From assembly GCA_022750195.1 (NCBI GenBank), contig JAKIWE010000005.1, positions 99,531-163,530 of the forward strand: a stretch of 64,000 nt of DNA, in the 5' to 3' direction. The DNA is from Thermoplasmata archaeon (GTDB lineage Archaea; Thermoplasmatota; Thermoplasmata; Lutacidiplasmatales; UBA184). This document shows positions 9,584 to 18,736 of this stretch, one piece after another; the stretch's first letter is position 1, and the number at the start of each line of letters is the position of its first letter. The translations under genes and the position numbers were made by a program. A model generated the notes under the pieces. The model searched no databases. It was not told the origin of the DNA and saw only the letters and a program-made list of their open reading frames with translations.

Positions 9584-11191
9584 ATGGCGACGGTGGCGGG
9601 CGACCCGCCTCGCGACCGGGCGGCAGCTGCCGGGCCCCTCCCGACGCTTACTCCGGAGGACGACCGGATCCTCGCGTACGCGAGTGCGATCGGTCGGGAG
9701 TTCGATTTTGACCTGCTCGTCCGCGCCACCGGGGTCGACGAGGAGGCGCTCTCCGAACGCCTGGAACACCTCGTTCACGAGCGCGTACTTCGCGAGCGAG
9801 TCGGAGGCGACCGGTTCGCCTTCGTCAGCGAGGAGTTTCGGGTCCGGATGTACCAATCCCTCACGGCGAGCCGGCTCCGAGTGCTGCACCGGAAAGTGGC
9901 GGAGGCGCTCGAGTCGATGCACCCGCGACCGGCGGCGGAGGTGGTCACCGAGCTCGGCCGACACTACTTCCTGGGCAAGGTCGCGGAGAAGTCCTACGCG
10001 TTCAACCGACAGGGCGCCACGATCGCGCGCGGGGGCCAGGACCCTGAGACGACCGCCCTGCACCTCGAACGGGTCCGGATCGACCTCACCGGTTTCCCCG
10101 GCGACCGGGGGGAGGAGCTCGCCGACCTCGACCAGGAGCTGGGGGACCTCTACTACGAGATGGGGGACGACCAGCGGGCGGACCGACTGTACTTGGACGG
10201 CTTGGACCAGTGCGCCCCGGACGATGTTCGGCGACGGGCCCGCTTCCTTCTGGCCCGGGCCGAGATCGCCCGCGAACACCTCCAGGTCGCGGACGCCCGC
10301 CGTCTCGCGGGGGAAGCGCAGCGGATGTTCGAGCAGCAGGGGGACCTCGCCGGCGTCGCAGCGGTCCGCCGGATCCTCGGACGTATTCATTTCGAACAAG
10401 GGGAGTACCAGCAGGCCCTCGAGGAGGGTCTGGTCGCGCTCGAGCACCTCCAGAACCAGGCCGATGAGAGGACCTTGGGACGCCTCTGCACCGACATCGG
10501 CAACGCCTTCGCGGCCCTCGGCCCCCGGATGGCCGAGGATGCCGCGGCGTGGTACGGTCAGGCGATCCGTCATCTCGAGGCGGTCGAGGACTGGCTCGAG
10601 CTCGCCCGGGCGTACCACAACCTCGGGGCAATGGTCGGGGAGGCAATGCCTCAGGCCGGTCTCGAGCATCTCGAGAAGGCCCGGCAGTACGCCGAGCGCA
10701 GCCGGGACATGCGGTGGACCGCCTGGACGCTGTTCTCCGGCGTAGAGATGCGGCTCGCCATCGGCCAGATCGACGAGGCCGAGCGCGACAATCAGCAGGC
10801 CCTTCGATTGCTCGAACGGGTCGAGGACCCTATCGGGTTGCAGCAGGTCGCCTACAACCGCGGGCACATTGCCGAGCGGCGGGGCGACTGGGAGCAGGCC
10901 GAGGGCGGGTACCGGGAGGCCCTCCAGCGGGCCGAGCAGCTCGATATCGCTCCCGAGGTCGCCGACAGCCACTTCGCCCTCGCGCGCCTGTACTACAAGC
11001 TCCGGGACCTCCCTCGAGCCCGGACCGAGCTCGACACGGCCGAGCACGGTGGTCTCGTCCGGCTGCGGCCCTCGCGCGCCCCGGCCCTGACCGACCTTCG
11101 CCGTCAGCTCGAGGCCCAGTTGGCCGAGTCGTTGACGAGCCTGACCGCCCCGGCGACCGAACCGCCCCTCCCGAGCAGCCGTGACCGCTGA
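9584..11191 (+). CDS. TPR-repeat protein with a STAND-type winged-helix module and no NTPase domain
   Basis: The N-terminus (ILAYASAIGREFDFDLLVRATGVDEEALSERLEHLVHERVLRE...RLRVLHRKVAEALE) is paralogous to the post-ATPase module of the next gene. It is followed by about 400 aa of TPR-like helical repeats. A TATA-like box lies at 9547-9556. Confidence 0.7.
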   Translation: MATVAGDPPRDRAAAAGPLPTLTPEDDRILAYASAIGREFDFDLLVRATGVDEEALSERLEHLVHERVLRERVGGDRFAFVSEEFRVRMYQSLTASRLRVLHRKVAEALESMHPRPAAEVVTELGRHYFLGKVAEKSYAFNRQGATIARGGQDPETTALHLERVRIDLTGFPGDRGEELADLDQELGDLYYEMGDDQRADRLYLDGLDQCAPDDVRRRARFLLARAEIAREHLQVADARRLAGEAQRMFEQQGDLAGVAAVRRILGRIHFEQGEYQQALEEGLVALEHLQNQADERTLGRLCTDIGNAFAALGPRMAEDAAAWYGQAIRHLEAVEDWLELARAYHNLGAMVGEAMPQAGLEHLEKARQYAERSRDMRWTAWTLFSGVEMRLAIGQIDEAERDNQQALRLLERVEDPIGLQQVAYNRGHIAERRGDWEQAEGGYREALQRAEQLDIAPEVADSHFALARLYYKLRDLPRARTELDTAEHGGLVRLRPSRAPALTDLRRQLEAQLAESLTSLTAPATEPPLPSSRDR

Positions 11192-13616
11192 GAGCCGCCC
11201 CCCGCGCAGTGACCCATCGTCGCCGGTCCCGGTGATCGGCCGACGAGAGACCGTCGAGCGGCTGTTTCGCCGGGTCGAGCGGGCCCCCGAGCTCGAAGGC
11301 GAGTTTCTCCTCATCGTCGGTCGGTCCGGCGTCGGCAAGTCGACCCTCCTCGACGCCGCCGTCCAGCGGGCCGAGGACCTCGGGTTCGAGGTCGTGCGCG
11401 GACGTGCGTTGCCGTCCGACCTTCCCGAGCCGTTCAGCCTGCTGAGGGACCTGCTCCGTTCCGTGCCCCGTATCGACACCGGGCGATCCGCGGCGAGTCC
11501 GGACGCCAACCTCCCTATCTTCCTGGCGCCGTACGACCTCGAGGGCGGTCCGGCAGGCGACGACGCGGGCGGCGGCCCGGCCCCGGCCGACGGAGCGGAG
11601 CTCGATCGACTGTTGACGGCCCTGGTCGCGACGCCCGGGGAGCGCACCGACGCTCGACGCAGCGCCCTTTACGGGAGGATCACCGACCTGTTCGTCGAGC
11701 GGGCCCTCCGTACCGTGATGGTGGTGGCGATCGACGATCTCCACTTCGCGGACGACTCGTCGCTGGAGTTCCTCGACGAGCTCGTCGCCCAGCTCGGCGC
11801 CCATCCGTTGCTGATCGTTTCGACCGTGGTCCCCGCCGACGAGGCACCGCCTCGGACGACGGAGAAGGTCCGTTCGCTGCTCGACCAGCACGCGCGCTCC
11901 GCGCTCACGGTGCGCCCCCTGACCGAGCCGGAGGTCCGGGAGTACGTTCGATGGCTCCAGCGGGGTCGGGACGCCGACCCGAACGACGTCCTGCGCTGGT
12001 TCACCCAGACCGAGGGCAACCCGCAGTTCATTTCGCACTTGGTCCGGGCCTCCCTCGGACTGGCCACCGCGTCGGCGGTCACGGGCGAGCACGGGTTCGA
12101 GGAGTTCGTCCGCGAGCAGGTCCAGCAGCTTCCGGAGGGGGACCGGCGCCTCCTGATCTACGGTTCCGTGCTCGGCAAAGAGTTCGAATTCGCGGTCCTC
12201 GCCCGCGCCGCGGGGGGCGAAGAGGAGCGGTTGAGCGAGAGCCTCGACCGGCTCGTGCGGCTAGGGCTCCTTCGGGAGAAGGGCGGCGAGGTCTACGAGT
12301 TCGCGAGCGAGCGGGTGCGCGCCGACGTCTACTCCGAGCTCACCGACACCCGACGGCGGATCCTCCACCGGCGGGTCGCCGCGGCGCTCGAGACGCAGGG
12401 AGCGAACGCTCCCAGCGAGGTGTTCGCGCTCGCGCGGCACTACTATCTCGGGCAGGCGGACGCCCAGAGCGTCGAGTACAACCATCGGGCCGCGGACCTC
12501 GCCGGGCACGCGTACGCCTACGACACGGCGATCGTCTTCCTCGAGCGGGCGATGGAGGCCGCGTCCCGGCTCGACCCTCGCGACGCCCCCCACGAGCTCC
12601 GCATGGGGATCGAGCTGGGTCGCTACCTCAACGAGGTGGGCGACCTCCGGCGCTCCGAAACGCTCCTCGAGGAGACGGTCCGAAACCTCGGCGCCGCGCG
12701 CGACCGGCCGGTCGATGTCGCGCTCGCGATGCTCGGGCTCGCCCAAACGAAATCGGACCTCACCCACTACGCCGAGGCCCGGACCCTGGCGACCGAGGCC
12801 TTCGCCCTGCTCGAGGGGCTCGGCCACAAGCGCGGCCTCATGGCGGCGCACCGGATCCTCGGGGTCGCGATCTGGCGCCAGGGGGATCTCGCGGGCGCGG
12901 AGGTCCACCACCGGGCCGAGGTGGCCCTCGCGCGTGAGGTCGGTACCCCCTTGGAGCTGGGCCACGCGCTCGTCGACCTAGCGAACACCGTGACCTCCCC
13001 CGCGCAGCAGGGGGAGGCGATGACGCTGTACGACGAAGCCGACCGGGTCTTTGCCAAGCACCAGGACTACAGCGCCCACGCCCGGGTCCTGATGAACCGG
13101 GGCCTCCTCCACTACGCCGCCGGGCAGCTGGAGAGCGCCCTGCGGGACATCACCCAGGCGGTCGAGGCCGCGGAGAAGTCGCGCTCCCGCATCTGGCTCG
13201 GCTACTGTCTGCTCAACCTGGCCCAGATCCGCTCGGATGCGCGGGACTACCTGGGGGCCAAGCAGGCGATCGACCGGGCCCACGGGCTGCTCGACCCCCT
13301 CGGGGACCGGCTCGCGACCCAGCAGACGACGATGATCCGGGGCATGATCGCGGAGGGCGAACGCCAGTTCGTCAACGCCGAAGGACTGTTCCGCGAAGCG
13401 CTCGAGCAGGCCCGCTCCTTCGGGCTCGAGCCGCAGGTCGCCGAGATGCAGCTGCGGCTGGCGCTCCTTTCCGAGCGGCGCGGCGACCCTACCGGCGCCC
13501 GAACCATCCTCACGGGCGAGCAGCGCGAGCGGATCCTCGCCCTCCGGCCGGACCTCTCCCAGACCCTGGAGTCGCTCGTCGCCCGGACCGCCGCCGCCGA
13601 CGCCGGCCGGGGTTAA
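11181..13616 (+). CDS. STAND-class P-loop NTPase with winged-helix and TPR sensor region
   Basis: Walker A GRSGVGKST and Walker B VMVVAIDDLHFAD are followed by a WH module and a long TPR array. GTG 11181 overlaps the upstream ORF by 11 nt. An alternative GTG lies near 11232. Confidence 0.8.
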   Translation: MTAESRPPRSDPSSPVPVIGRRETVERLFRRVERAPELEGEFLLIVGRSGVGKSTLLDAAVQRAEDLGFEVVRGRALPSDLPEPFSLLRDLLRSVPRIDTGRSAASPDANLPIFLAPYDLEGGPAGDDAGGGPAPADGAELDRLLTALVATPGERTDARRSALYGRITDLFVERALRTVMVVAIDDLHFADDSSLEFLDELVAQLGAHPLLIVSTVVPADEAPPRTTEKVRSLLDQHARSALTVRPLTEPEVREYVRWLQRGRDADPNDVLRWFTQTEGNPQFISHLVRASLGLATASAVTGEHGFEEFVREQVQQLPEGDRRLLIYGSVLGKEFEFAVLARAAGGEEERLSESLDRLVRLGLLREKGGEVYEFASERVRADVYSELTDTRRRILHRRVAAALETQGANAPSEVFALARHYYLGQADAQSVEYNHRAADLAGHAYAYDTAIVFLERAMEAASRLDPRDAPHELRMGIELGRYLNEVGDLRRSETLLEETVRNLGAARDRPVDVALAMLGLAQTKSDLTHYAEARTLATEAFALLEGLGHKRGLMAAHRILGVAIWRQGDLAGAEVHHRAEVALAREVGTPLELGHALVDLANTVTSPAQQGEAMTLYDEADRVFAKHQDYSAHARVLMNRGLLHYAAGQLESALRDITQAVEAAEKSRSRIWLGYCLLNLAQIRSDARDYLGAKQAIDRAHGLLDPLGDRLATQQTTMIRGMIAEGERQFVNAEGLFREALEQARSFGLEPQVAEMQLRLALLSERRGDPTGARTILTGEQRERILALRPDLSQTLESLVARTAAADAGRG

Positions 13617-13639
13617 GGTCCGTCGGTCGTTCGCCGGCC

Positions 13640-14437
13640 GTGTCCGCATCGAGGACGGTGCGCGCCGACCGCACGGCGTCGGACGGCTCCCCGTACCCGG
13701 ATCGGTCGCGGCCGTCCTTCGAGCACGATGTCCGGGCGATGTTCACCCACATCGCTCATCGGTACGACTGGTTCGACCACGTCGTCTCCTTCGGCCAGGA
13801 CTACCTCTGGCGTCCCCGGGCCCTATGGGCGCTCGACCGGTTCCGCGCCCGTCGTGCCGTCCGACGGGTCCTGGACATCGGCTGCGGCCCCGGTGAGTTG
13901 ACCTCCCTCGCCGCCCGCCAGTTCCCGGGCTCCGAGGTGGTCGGCGTCGATTTCACGGGCGCGATGGTCGAGCGGGCGGCCCATCGCTCCGACCGCGGGC
14001 GGTTCGGTCGTCGTCTGGAGTTCGGCCGGGGGAGCGCGATGCATCTGCCGTTCCGGTCCGGAAGCTTCGACGTCGTGATGTCCGCGTTCGTGGTCCGGAA
14101 CCTCGTCGATCTGGGCCTGGCCTTCCGTGAGCTCCGCCGCGTGCTCGCACCGGGAGGAACCCTGCTCACGCTCGAGATCACCGAACCCGAATCACCGAGG
14201 TTCCGGTCGACGTTCCACGCGTACTTCGACCGGGTGGTCCCCTGGCTCGGGGCGGCGGTCCACAGCGCCGGTCCGTACCGCTACCTGCCGGAGTCCCTTC
14301 GGAGCTTGCCGGATCGCGCGGCGATGCTCGAGCTGCTGCGCAGCTCCGGCTTCGGCCGGTCCCTGGCGGATCCCCTGTCGCTCGGGATCGTCACCGCGTA
14401 CCTCGCCGAGGCGGACGGCGGCCCCGGAAGGGATTAA
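13640..14437 (+). CDS. ubiE: UbiE/MenG-family (demethyl)menaquinone C-methyltransferase
   Basis: It has the family N-terminal pattern FTHIAHRYDWFDHVVSFGQDYLWR and SAM motif I VLDIGCGPGEL. Confidence 0.8.
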   Translation: MSASRTVRADRTASDGSPYPDRSRPSFEHDVRAMFTHIAHRYDWFDHVVSFGQDYLWRPRALWALDRFRARRAVRRVLDIGCGPGELTSLAARQFPGSEVVGVDFTGAMVERAAHRSDRGRFGRRLEFGRGSAMHLPFRSGSFDVVMSAFVVRNLVDLGLAFRELRRVLAPGGTLLTLEITEPESPRFRSTFHAYFDRVVPWLGAAVHSAGPYRYLPESLRSLPDRAAMLELLRSSGFGRSLADPLSLGIVTAYLAEADGGPGRD

Positions 14438-14468
14438 GCCCCTCGAGGTTCCCCGCCGCCTAGTACCG

Positions 14469-15593
14469 ATGGCCGGCGCACCCTTCGACGCGTTCCGCTA
14501 CGCCCACGAGCACCGGCACGAGGTCGTCTGGATGAGCCAGAACACCAACCACCTCGTTCCGCCGACGGTCATCGCGGACGCCGTCTACGGGGCGATCCGC
14601 GACCGCCGGTACGAAGGCTACCCCTACGGGCCGGGAGACCCGGAGCTCAAGGCCCTCGTCCTCCGCGACTTCGGCCTCCCCGAGGAGTGGACGGTCACGG
14701 TCTCCGCTGGTGGTACTGAAGCTCTGTACATGCTCGAGCGGGCCCTGCTCGGCCCCGGCGACGAGGTGCTCGCCTCGGACCCGAGCTACCTCATCATCCA
14801 CAAGTTCGTGGAGCTGGCGGGCGCCCGGACCCGGAACCTCGACATCTACCAGCCGCCGTACCGTCTCACGCCCGACCGGGTGCAGGAATCGATCACGCCG
14901 AAGACGCGGATGATCCTGCTCATCGACCCGCTCAACCCGCTGGGCTCCGGGTACCCGGCCGAGGAGGTCCGGGCGATCGCGGAGATCGCCAAAGACCACC
15001 ACCTCTTGCTCCTCAACGACGTGACCTACCGGGATTTCGCGGACGGGCACACCCTGGCGGCCCCGTTCGCTCCCGACTCCACGCTCACCGTCTGGTCCGC
15101 GTCCAAGAACTGCGGCCTCGCTGGCTTGAGGATTGGCGGGCTCGTCGGGCCGGCGGAGCTCGTCCGCAAAGTGCTCCCGTACAACACGAACGACCTCGGC
15201 GTGAACATCCTCGCCCAGGTCGCGGCGAAGGCAGCCCTCAGCACCAAGGCCGAGTGGTTCCCTCGGATCAAGACGACCACGCGGGCGAACCAGGCGATCA
15301 TCAAGGGCGCCGTCGAGGAGGTGCCCGGGGCCTTCCTCCCGCTCTACCCGTCCCAGGCGAACATGTTCGCGATCGACCTCGCCAAGACCGAGGTCCCCCC
15401 CGAGGCGCTGCAGAAGGAGCTGTTGCTCCAACACGGTGTCTTCGTCCGCGCCGGCAACTACCTCTCCCCGAAGTTCGGGAGCCGGTTCGTCCGGGCCTCG
15501 TTCTCGAATCCTCCGGCCGAGGTCGAACGGTTCGCCGCGGCGTTCCCCGCAGCGATGGCCACGCTGCGTGCTCGACCGGTCGTCGCGTCCTAG
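14469..15593 (+). CDS. class I/II pyridoxal-phosphate aminotransferase
   Basis: This is the 3' part of track ORF 14127..15593. ATG 14469 (MAGAPFDAF) lies after the ubiE stop. The PLP-lysine region is SASKNCGLAGLRIGG. Confidence 0.85.
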   Translation: MAGAPFDAFRYAHEHRHEVVWMSQNTNHLVPPTVIADAVYGAIRDRRYEGYPYGPGDPELKALVLRDFGLPEEWTVTVSAGGTEALYMLERALLGPGDEVLASDPSYLIIHKFVELAGARTRNLDIYQPPYRLTPDRVQESITPKTRMILLIDPLNPLGSGYPAEEVRAIAEIAKDHHLLLLNDVTYRDFADGHTLAAPFAPDSTLTVWSASKNCGLAGLRIGGLVGPAELVRKVLPYNTNDLGVNILAQVAAKAALSTKAEWFPRIKTTTRANQAIIKGAVEEVPGAFLPLYPSQANMFAIDLAKTEVPPEALQKELLLQHGVFVRAGNYLSPKFGSRFVRASFSNPPAEVERFAAAFPAAMATLRARPVVAS

Positions 15594-16435
15594 CCGGCTC
15601 GCGCGTGCGCGTCGACGACCACGTGCAGGCGGCCGGGACCGTACGACTTGACCGGACGGACCGTGACGGACTCCGTTCGGTACCCGGCACCCTGGATCGC
15701 GGTCGTCACGTCCCCGGCGGCGGAGCCCGGCCCCTCCCGGGTCCCTAGCAACGCATGGACGTGGAGGGTGCCGCCCTCGGGCCGGAGGAGGCGGAGCGCC
15801 ATGGGCACCCAGGCGAGGGAGCTAGGGAGCAGCCCCACGAAGACACGATCGGCGGCACCCCGGGGCAGCACGGCGTCGCGGTTGTCTCCGGGTACAATGT
15901 CGACCTTTTCGCGGACATGGTTCCGTTCCACGTTGGTACGGAGATAGCGGAGGGACTCGGGATTCTGCTCGCAGGCCAGGACCCGGGCCGCCTTCCCTAG
16001 GACGGCCGCGGGGAGCGTGAAGTAGCCGATCCCGGCGAACAGGTCGACGACGGTCTCCCCCGGACGGGTGACCAGCCCGGCCCGGTGTCGCTCGGAACGA
16101 TTCCCTCGAGCGAAGGTGATCCGCGACGCGTCGAACCGATACCGGATCCCGAACTCGACGACCTCCGTCTCGCAGTCCTCCCCCGCCAAGAGCTCCGCGT
16201 CGGGGAGACGCCAATCCCCGGTGACGGGGCCGGCTCGCCTCAGGACGGCGCCGACGCCGGGCTCGTCGAGCCACGCCGCCCCGATCGTGCGGAAATGCTT
16301 CCGAAGCTCCTCCGGCAGGCGCAAGACCACCACCCGACCGAGGTGGTGATAGCCCACCGGGAGCGCCCTCGCAACGGTAGGTCCGGCGGAGCGCTCGACG
16401 CGGGCCCGAACGCGGTGGGCTGGGCCGTCGACCAT
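15590..16435 (-). CDS. trm5: tRNA (guanine37-N1)-methyltransferase Trm5/Taw22-like (Met-10+ family)
   Basis: SAM-binding VVDLFAGIGYFTLPAA is present. I placed the start at ATG 16435 (MVDGPAH) so that it follows the upstream gene's stop at 16461. Confidence 0.8.
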   Translation of the reverse strand: MVDGPAHRVRARVERSAGPTVARALPVGYHHLGRVVVLRLPEELRKHFRTIGAAWLDEPGVGAVLRRAGPVTGDWRLPDAELLAGEDCETEVVEFGIRYRFDASRITFARGNRSERHRAGLVTRPGETVVDLFAGIGYFTLPAAVLGKAARVLACEQNPESLRYLRTNVERNHVREKVDIVPGDNRDAVLPRGAADRVFVGLLPSSLAWVPMALRLLRPEGGTLHVHALLGTREGPGSAAGDVTTAIQGAGYRTESVTVRPVKSYGPGRLHVVVDAHARAG

Positions 16436-16460
16436 CGGTGGAGGACTGGGGACCCGCGTC

Positions 16461-17231
16461 CTACGCGGCCGGCTCGGGACCTTTCTCGAGCAGCACGTCG
16501 AGGAACTGCTGGAGGTGCGCGGTGAGGATCGGATTGTCCGTAAAGCCGCACGCGTCGAGCCCCGGCGCGGCGAGGAGGGCGTGGGCCCCATCGGCCAGCA
16601 CCTCGGTCGCGAGGATGTTCTTCCGCGGGACGAGCTCGACGCCTTCGGGGACGCGCTGGAGCGGCGCCGTGACGAACGTGACCTTCACCCCGCGCTTCGC
16701 CGCGGAGGTCAGCTTCCGTCCGAGGTCGTCACGCACGTCGGCGGCCTGAGGCGTCGTGAGGATGAGGGTCTTCGTCGATTGGTCGATCAGTTCGCCGATC
16801 TTCGCCATCACTTTCTCCCGACCGCTGATCAGGTAGACAAGCTGCGGCTGGCCGTGCTCCCCGACGATCAGGTGCAGCGTCTCGAGCTTGTCGAAGACCT
16901 CCTGGATCGCCGACTTCAGCGTCTCAGCGACCTCGAGCGGAGGCTTGGGCCGGAACAGGATCGGCTTGCTGCCGGTCGGCGTCGCGTAGCCCTTGCGCGC
17001 GAGCGACTCGAGGACCTTGTACGCGGAGGTGCGAGGGATGCCGGCCGTGTGAGCGAGCGCCGCCGGGTCTCCGACTCCACGGGCGACGAGGGCGATGTAG
17101 GCCCGTGCCTCGTAGACGGTGAGCCCGACCTTCCCGAGGACCTCGACGGCGCGACGGTACTCCTGGGTGATCTCGCTCCCCAGCGACGCCGCGACCTCTT
17201 CGATGGTCGTCATCGGTCCCTGCGCGGTCAT
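16461..17231 (-). CDS. TrmB-family transcriptional regulator
   Basis: The wHTH is LTVYEARAYIALVARGVGDPAALAHTAGIPRTSAYKVLESLARKGYA, followed by a TrmB-type C-terminal domain. The start is ATG 17231 (an alternative is 17213). The upstream 148 codons are Arg-rich and overlap the aspA 3' end. Confidence 0.8.
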   Translation of the reverse strand: MTAQGPMTTIEEVAASLGSEITQEYRRAVEVLGKVGLTVYEARAYIALVARGVGDPAALAHTAGIPRTSAYKVLESLARKGYATPTGSKPILFRPKPPLEVAETLKSAIQEVFDKLETLHLIVGEHGQPQLVYLISGREKVMAKIGELIDQSTKTLILTTPQAADVRDDLGRKLTSAAKRGVKVTFVTAPLQRVPEGVELVPRKNILATEVLADGAHALLAAPGLDACGFTDNPILTAHLQQFLDVLLEKGPEPAA

Positions 17232-17263
17232 CGTCCCTCGATCGCGGCCCGGGTCCAGGCCGA

Positions 17264-18664
17264 TCAGCGCACCGGCTCGGTCAGGGCGAGGAGCGACGCC
17301 GGACCGAGCGTCGCCTCGACTTCCTGAGCCGTCATGAGCCCGTGGCGCACCAGCAGCTCGGTGACGGCCACGCCGGTCTTCTCCGATTCGTGGATCAGCT
17401 CGGCCACCTTGAGGTACCCGAGCTTCGGCGTCAGGACCGTCGCGAGCGCGGTCGAGCCGAGCAGGTACTGCTCCATCGTCGGGCCGTTCGCGGCGATGCC
17501 GTCGACGCAGGTGCGAGCGAAGACCGGCAGGTAGTTCTTCAGGATCGTCGCCGAGAAGATCACCTCGTGGGCGGCGAGCGGCATCATGACGTTGATCTCG
17601 AGCTGGCCCCCCTGGACCGAGAGCGTGGTGGCGAGGTCGGCGCCGACCACGTGAAAGGCGATCATGTCGAGGCATTCCGCGGCGGAGGGATTGACCTTCG
17701 CCGGCATGATCGACGAGCCGGGCTGGATCTCCGGGAGGCGGATCTCGTCGAACCCGGTCGCCGGCCCGCTGGAGAGCAGGCGGAGGTCGTTCGCGATCCG
17801 AACGAGCTCGGAGGCCAGGTTGCGCAGCCAGCTGGAAGCGAGCGCGAGCGGCCAGCGGCTCTGCATCGTCTCGAACGGGTCCCGGGCGACGCGGAGCGGG
17901 AGTCCCGACAGCTCGGCGTAGTACCGGACGGCGAGCGCGCGGAATCCCGGGACCGAGTTGATCCCGGTCCCGACCGCGCTGCCCCCGAGCGGCAACTCCG
18001 CGAGCGCCCCCTCGACCGACGGGAGCGCCTCGAGCTGGTGGTCGAGGATCGAGGCGTACGCGGTGAACTCCTGGCCCAGGGTCACCGGCATCGCGTCCTT
18101 GAGGTGGGTGCGCCCGGCTTTCGGCAACTTCGCGAACTCGGTCCCTTTGGCCCGGAAGCTCGACGCGAGCTGTTGGATCGCGGTTCGAAGGTCGCAGAGC
18201 ACGAGCAGGACCGCCACCTGGGTTGCGGACGGGAAGGTGTCGTTTGTCGACTGGCCACGGTTCGGCAGGTCGTTGGGGTTCAGCTCCCCGTAGTCGCCGC
18301 GAGCTCGACCGAGGAGCTCGAGCGCCCGGTTGGCGAGTACCTCGTTCACGTTCATGTGCAAGGAGGTGCCGGCCCCCGCTTGGAAGACATCGACCACGAT
18401 CTCGGCGTCGAATCGACCGTCGGCGAGTTCACCGGCGGCTGAACGGATCGCCTCCCCGCGGCGCTCGTCGATCCCTTTCAGGTCGACGTTCGCGCGCGCG
18501 CAGGCGGCCTTCAGCCACCCGTACGACCGGATCAGGTACCGGGAGGGCCGAAGTCCGCTCACCGGGAAGTTCTGCTTCGCCCGGAGGCTCTGGATGCCGT
18601 AGTACGCTTCGGCCGGCACGTCGAGCGTGCCGAGCGAGTCCTTCTCCTGACGCGTCCCGGCCAT
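17264..18664 (-). CDS. aspA: aspartate ammonia-lyase / class II fumarase family lyase
   Basis: The signature GSSIMPAKVNP is present. The regions EKDSLG..VPAEAYYGIQSLRA and QAGAGTSLHMNVNEVLANRALELLG look more aspartase-like than FumC-like. I chose ATG 18664 because an A/T-rich box (18689-18700) lies about 30 nt upstream of it. Confidence 0.85.
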   Translation of the reverse strand: MAGTRQEKDSLGTLDVPAEAYYGIQSLRAKQNFPVSGLRPSRYLIRSYGWLKAACARANVDLKGIDERRGEAIRSAAGELADGRFDAEIVVDVFQAGAGTSLHMNVNEVLANRALELLGRARGDYGELNPNDLPNRGQSTNDTFPSATQVAVLLVLCDLRTAIQQLASSFRAKGTEFAKLPKAGRTHLKDAMPVTLGQEFTAYASILDHQLEALPSVEGALAELPLGGSAVGTGINSVPGFRALAVRYYAELSGLPLRVARDPFETMQSRWPLALASSWLRNLASELVRIANDLRLLSSGPATGFDEIRLPEIQPGSSIMPAKVNPSAAECLDMIAFHVVGADLATTLSVQGGQLEINVMMPLAAHEVIFSATILKNYLPVFARTCVDGIAANGPTMEQYLLGSTALATVLTPKLGYLKVAELIHESEKTGVAVTELLVRHGLMTAQEVEATLGPASLLALTEPVR

Positions 18665-18688
18665 CGGAGCTCTCGAACTCGTCCGCGA

Positions 18689-18700
18689 GCTAAACGTTTT
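18689..18700 (-). promoter_or_regulatory. A/T-rich box (AAACGTTTAG on the - strand) upstream of aspA
   Basis: It lies about 30 nt upstream of ATG 18664. It sits inside the extra N-terminus predicted by the track ORF. Confidence 0.4.
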
Positions 18701-18736
18701 GGTCATGGGCCGGTCCTCGGGACGTCAGGGAGGGCC

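Noticed and set aside
9452-11647. A 731-aa minus-strand ORF (and 10830..12092) antisense to the TPR/STAND genes.
   Set aside because: It has low-complexity Arg/Pro/Gly/Glu composition with no motif. The sense strand carries Walker motifs and TPR periodicity.
9584-13616. Calling the STAND pair an Avs-type antiviral defence system.
   Set aside because: Neither protein has a nuclease, protease, TIR, Sir2 or other effector domain that I can recognise. The flanking genes (proS, ubiE, an aminotransferase) are housekeeping. I kept it as an open finding rather than a defence call.
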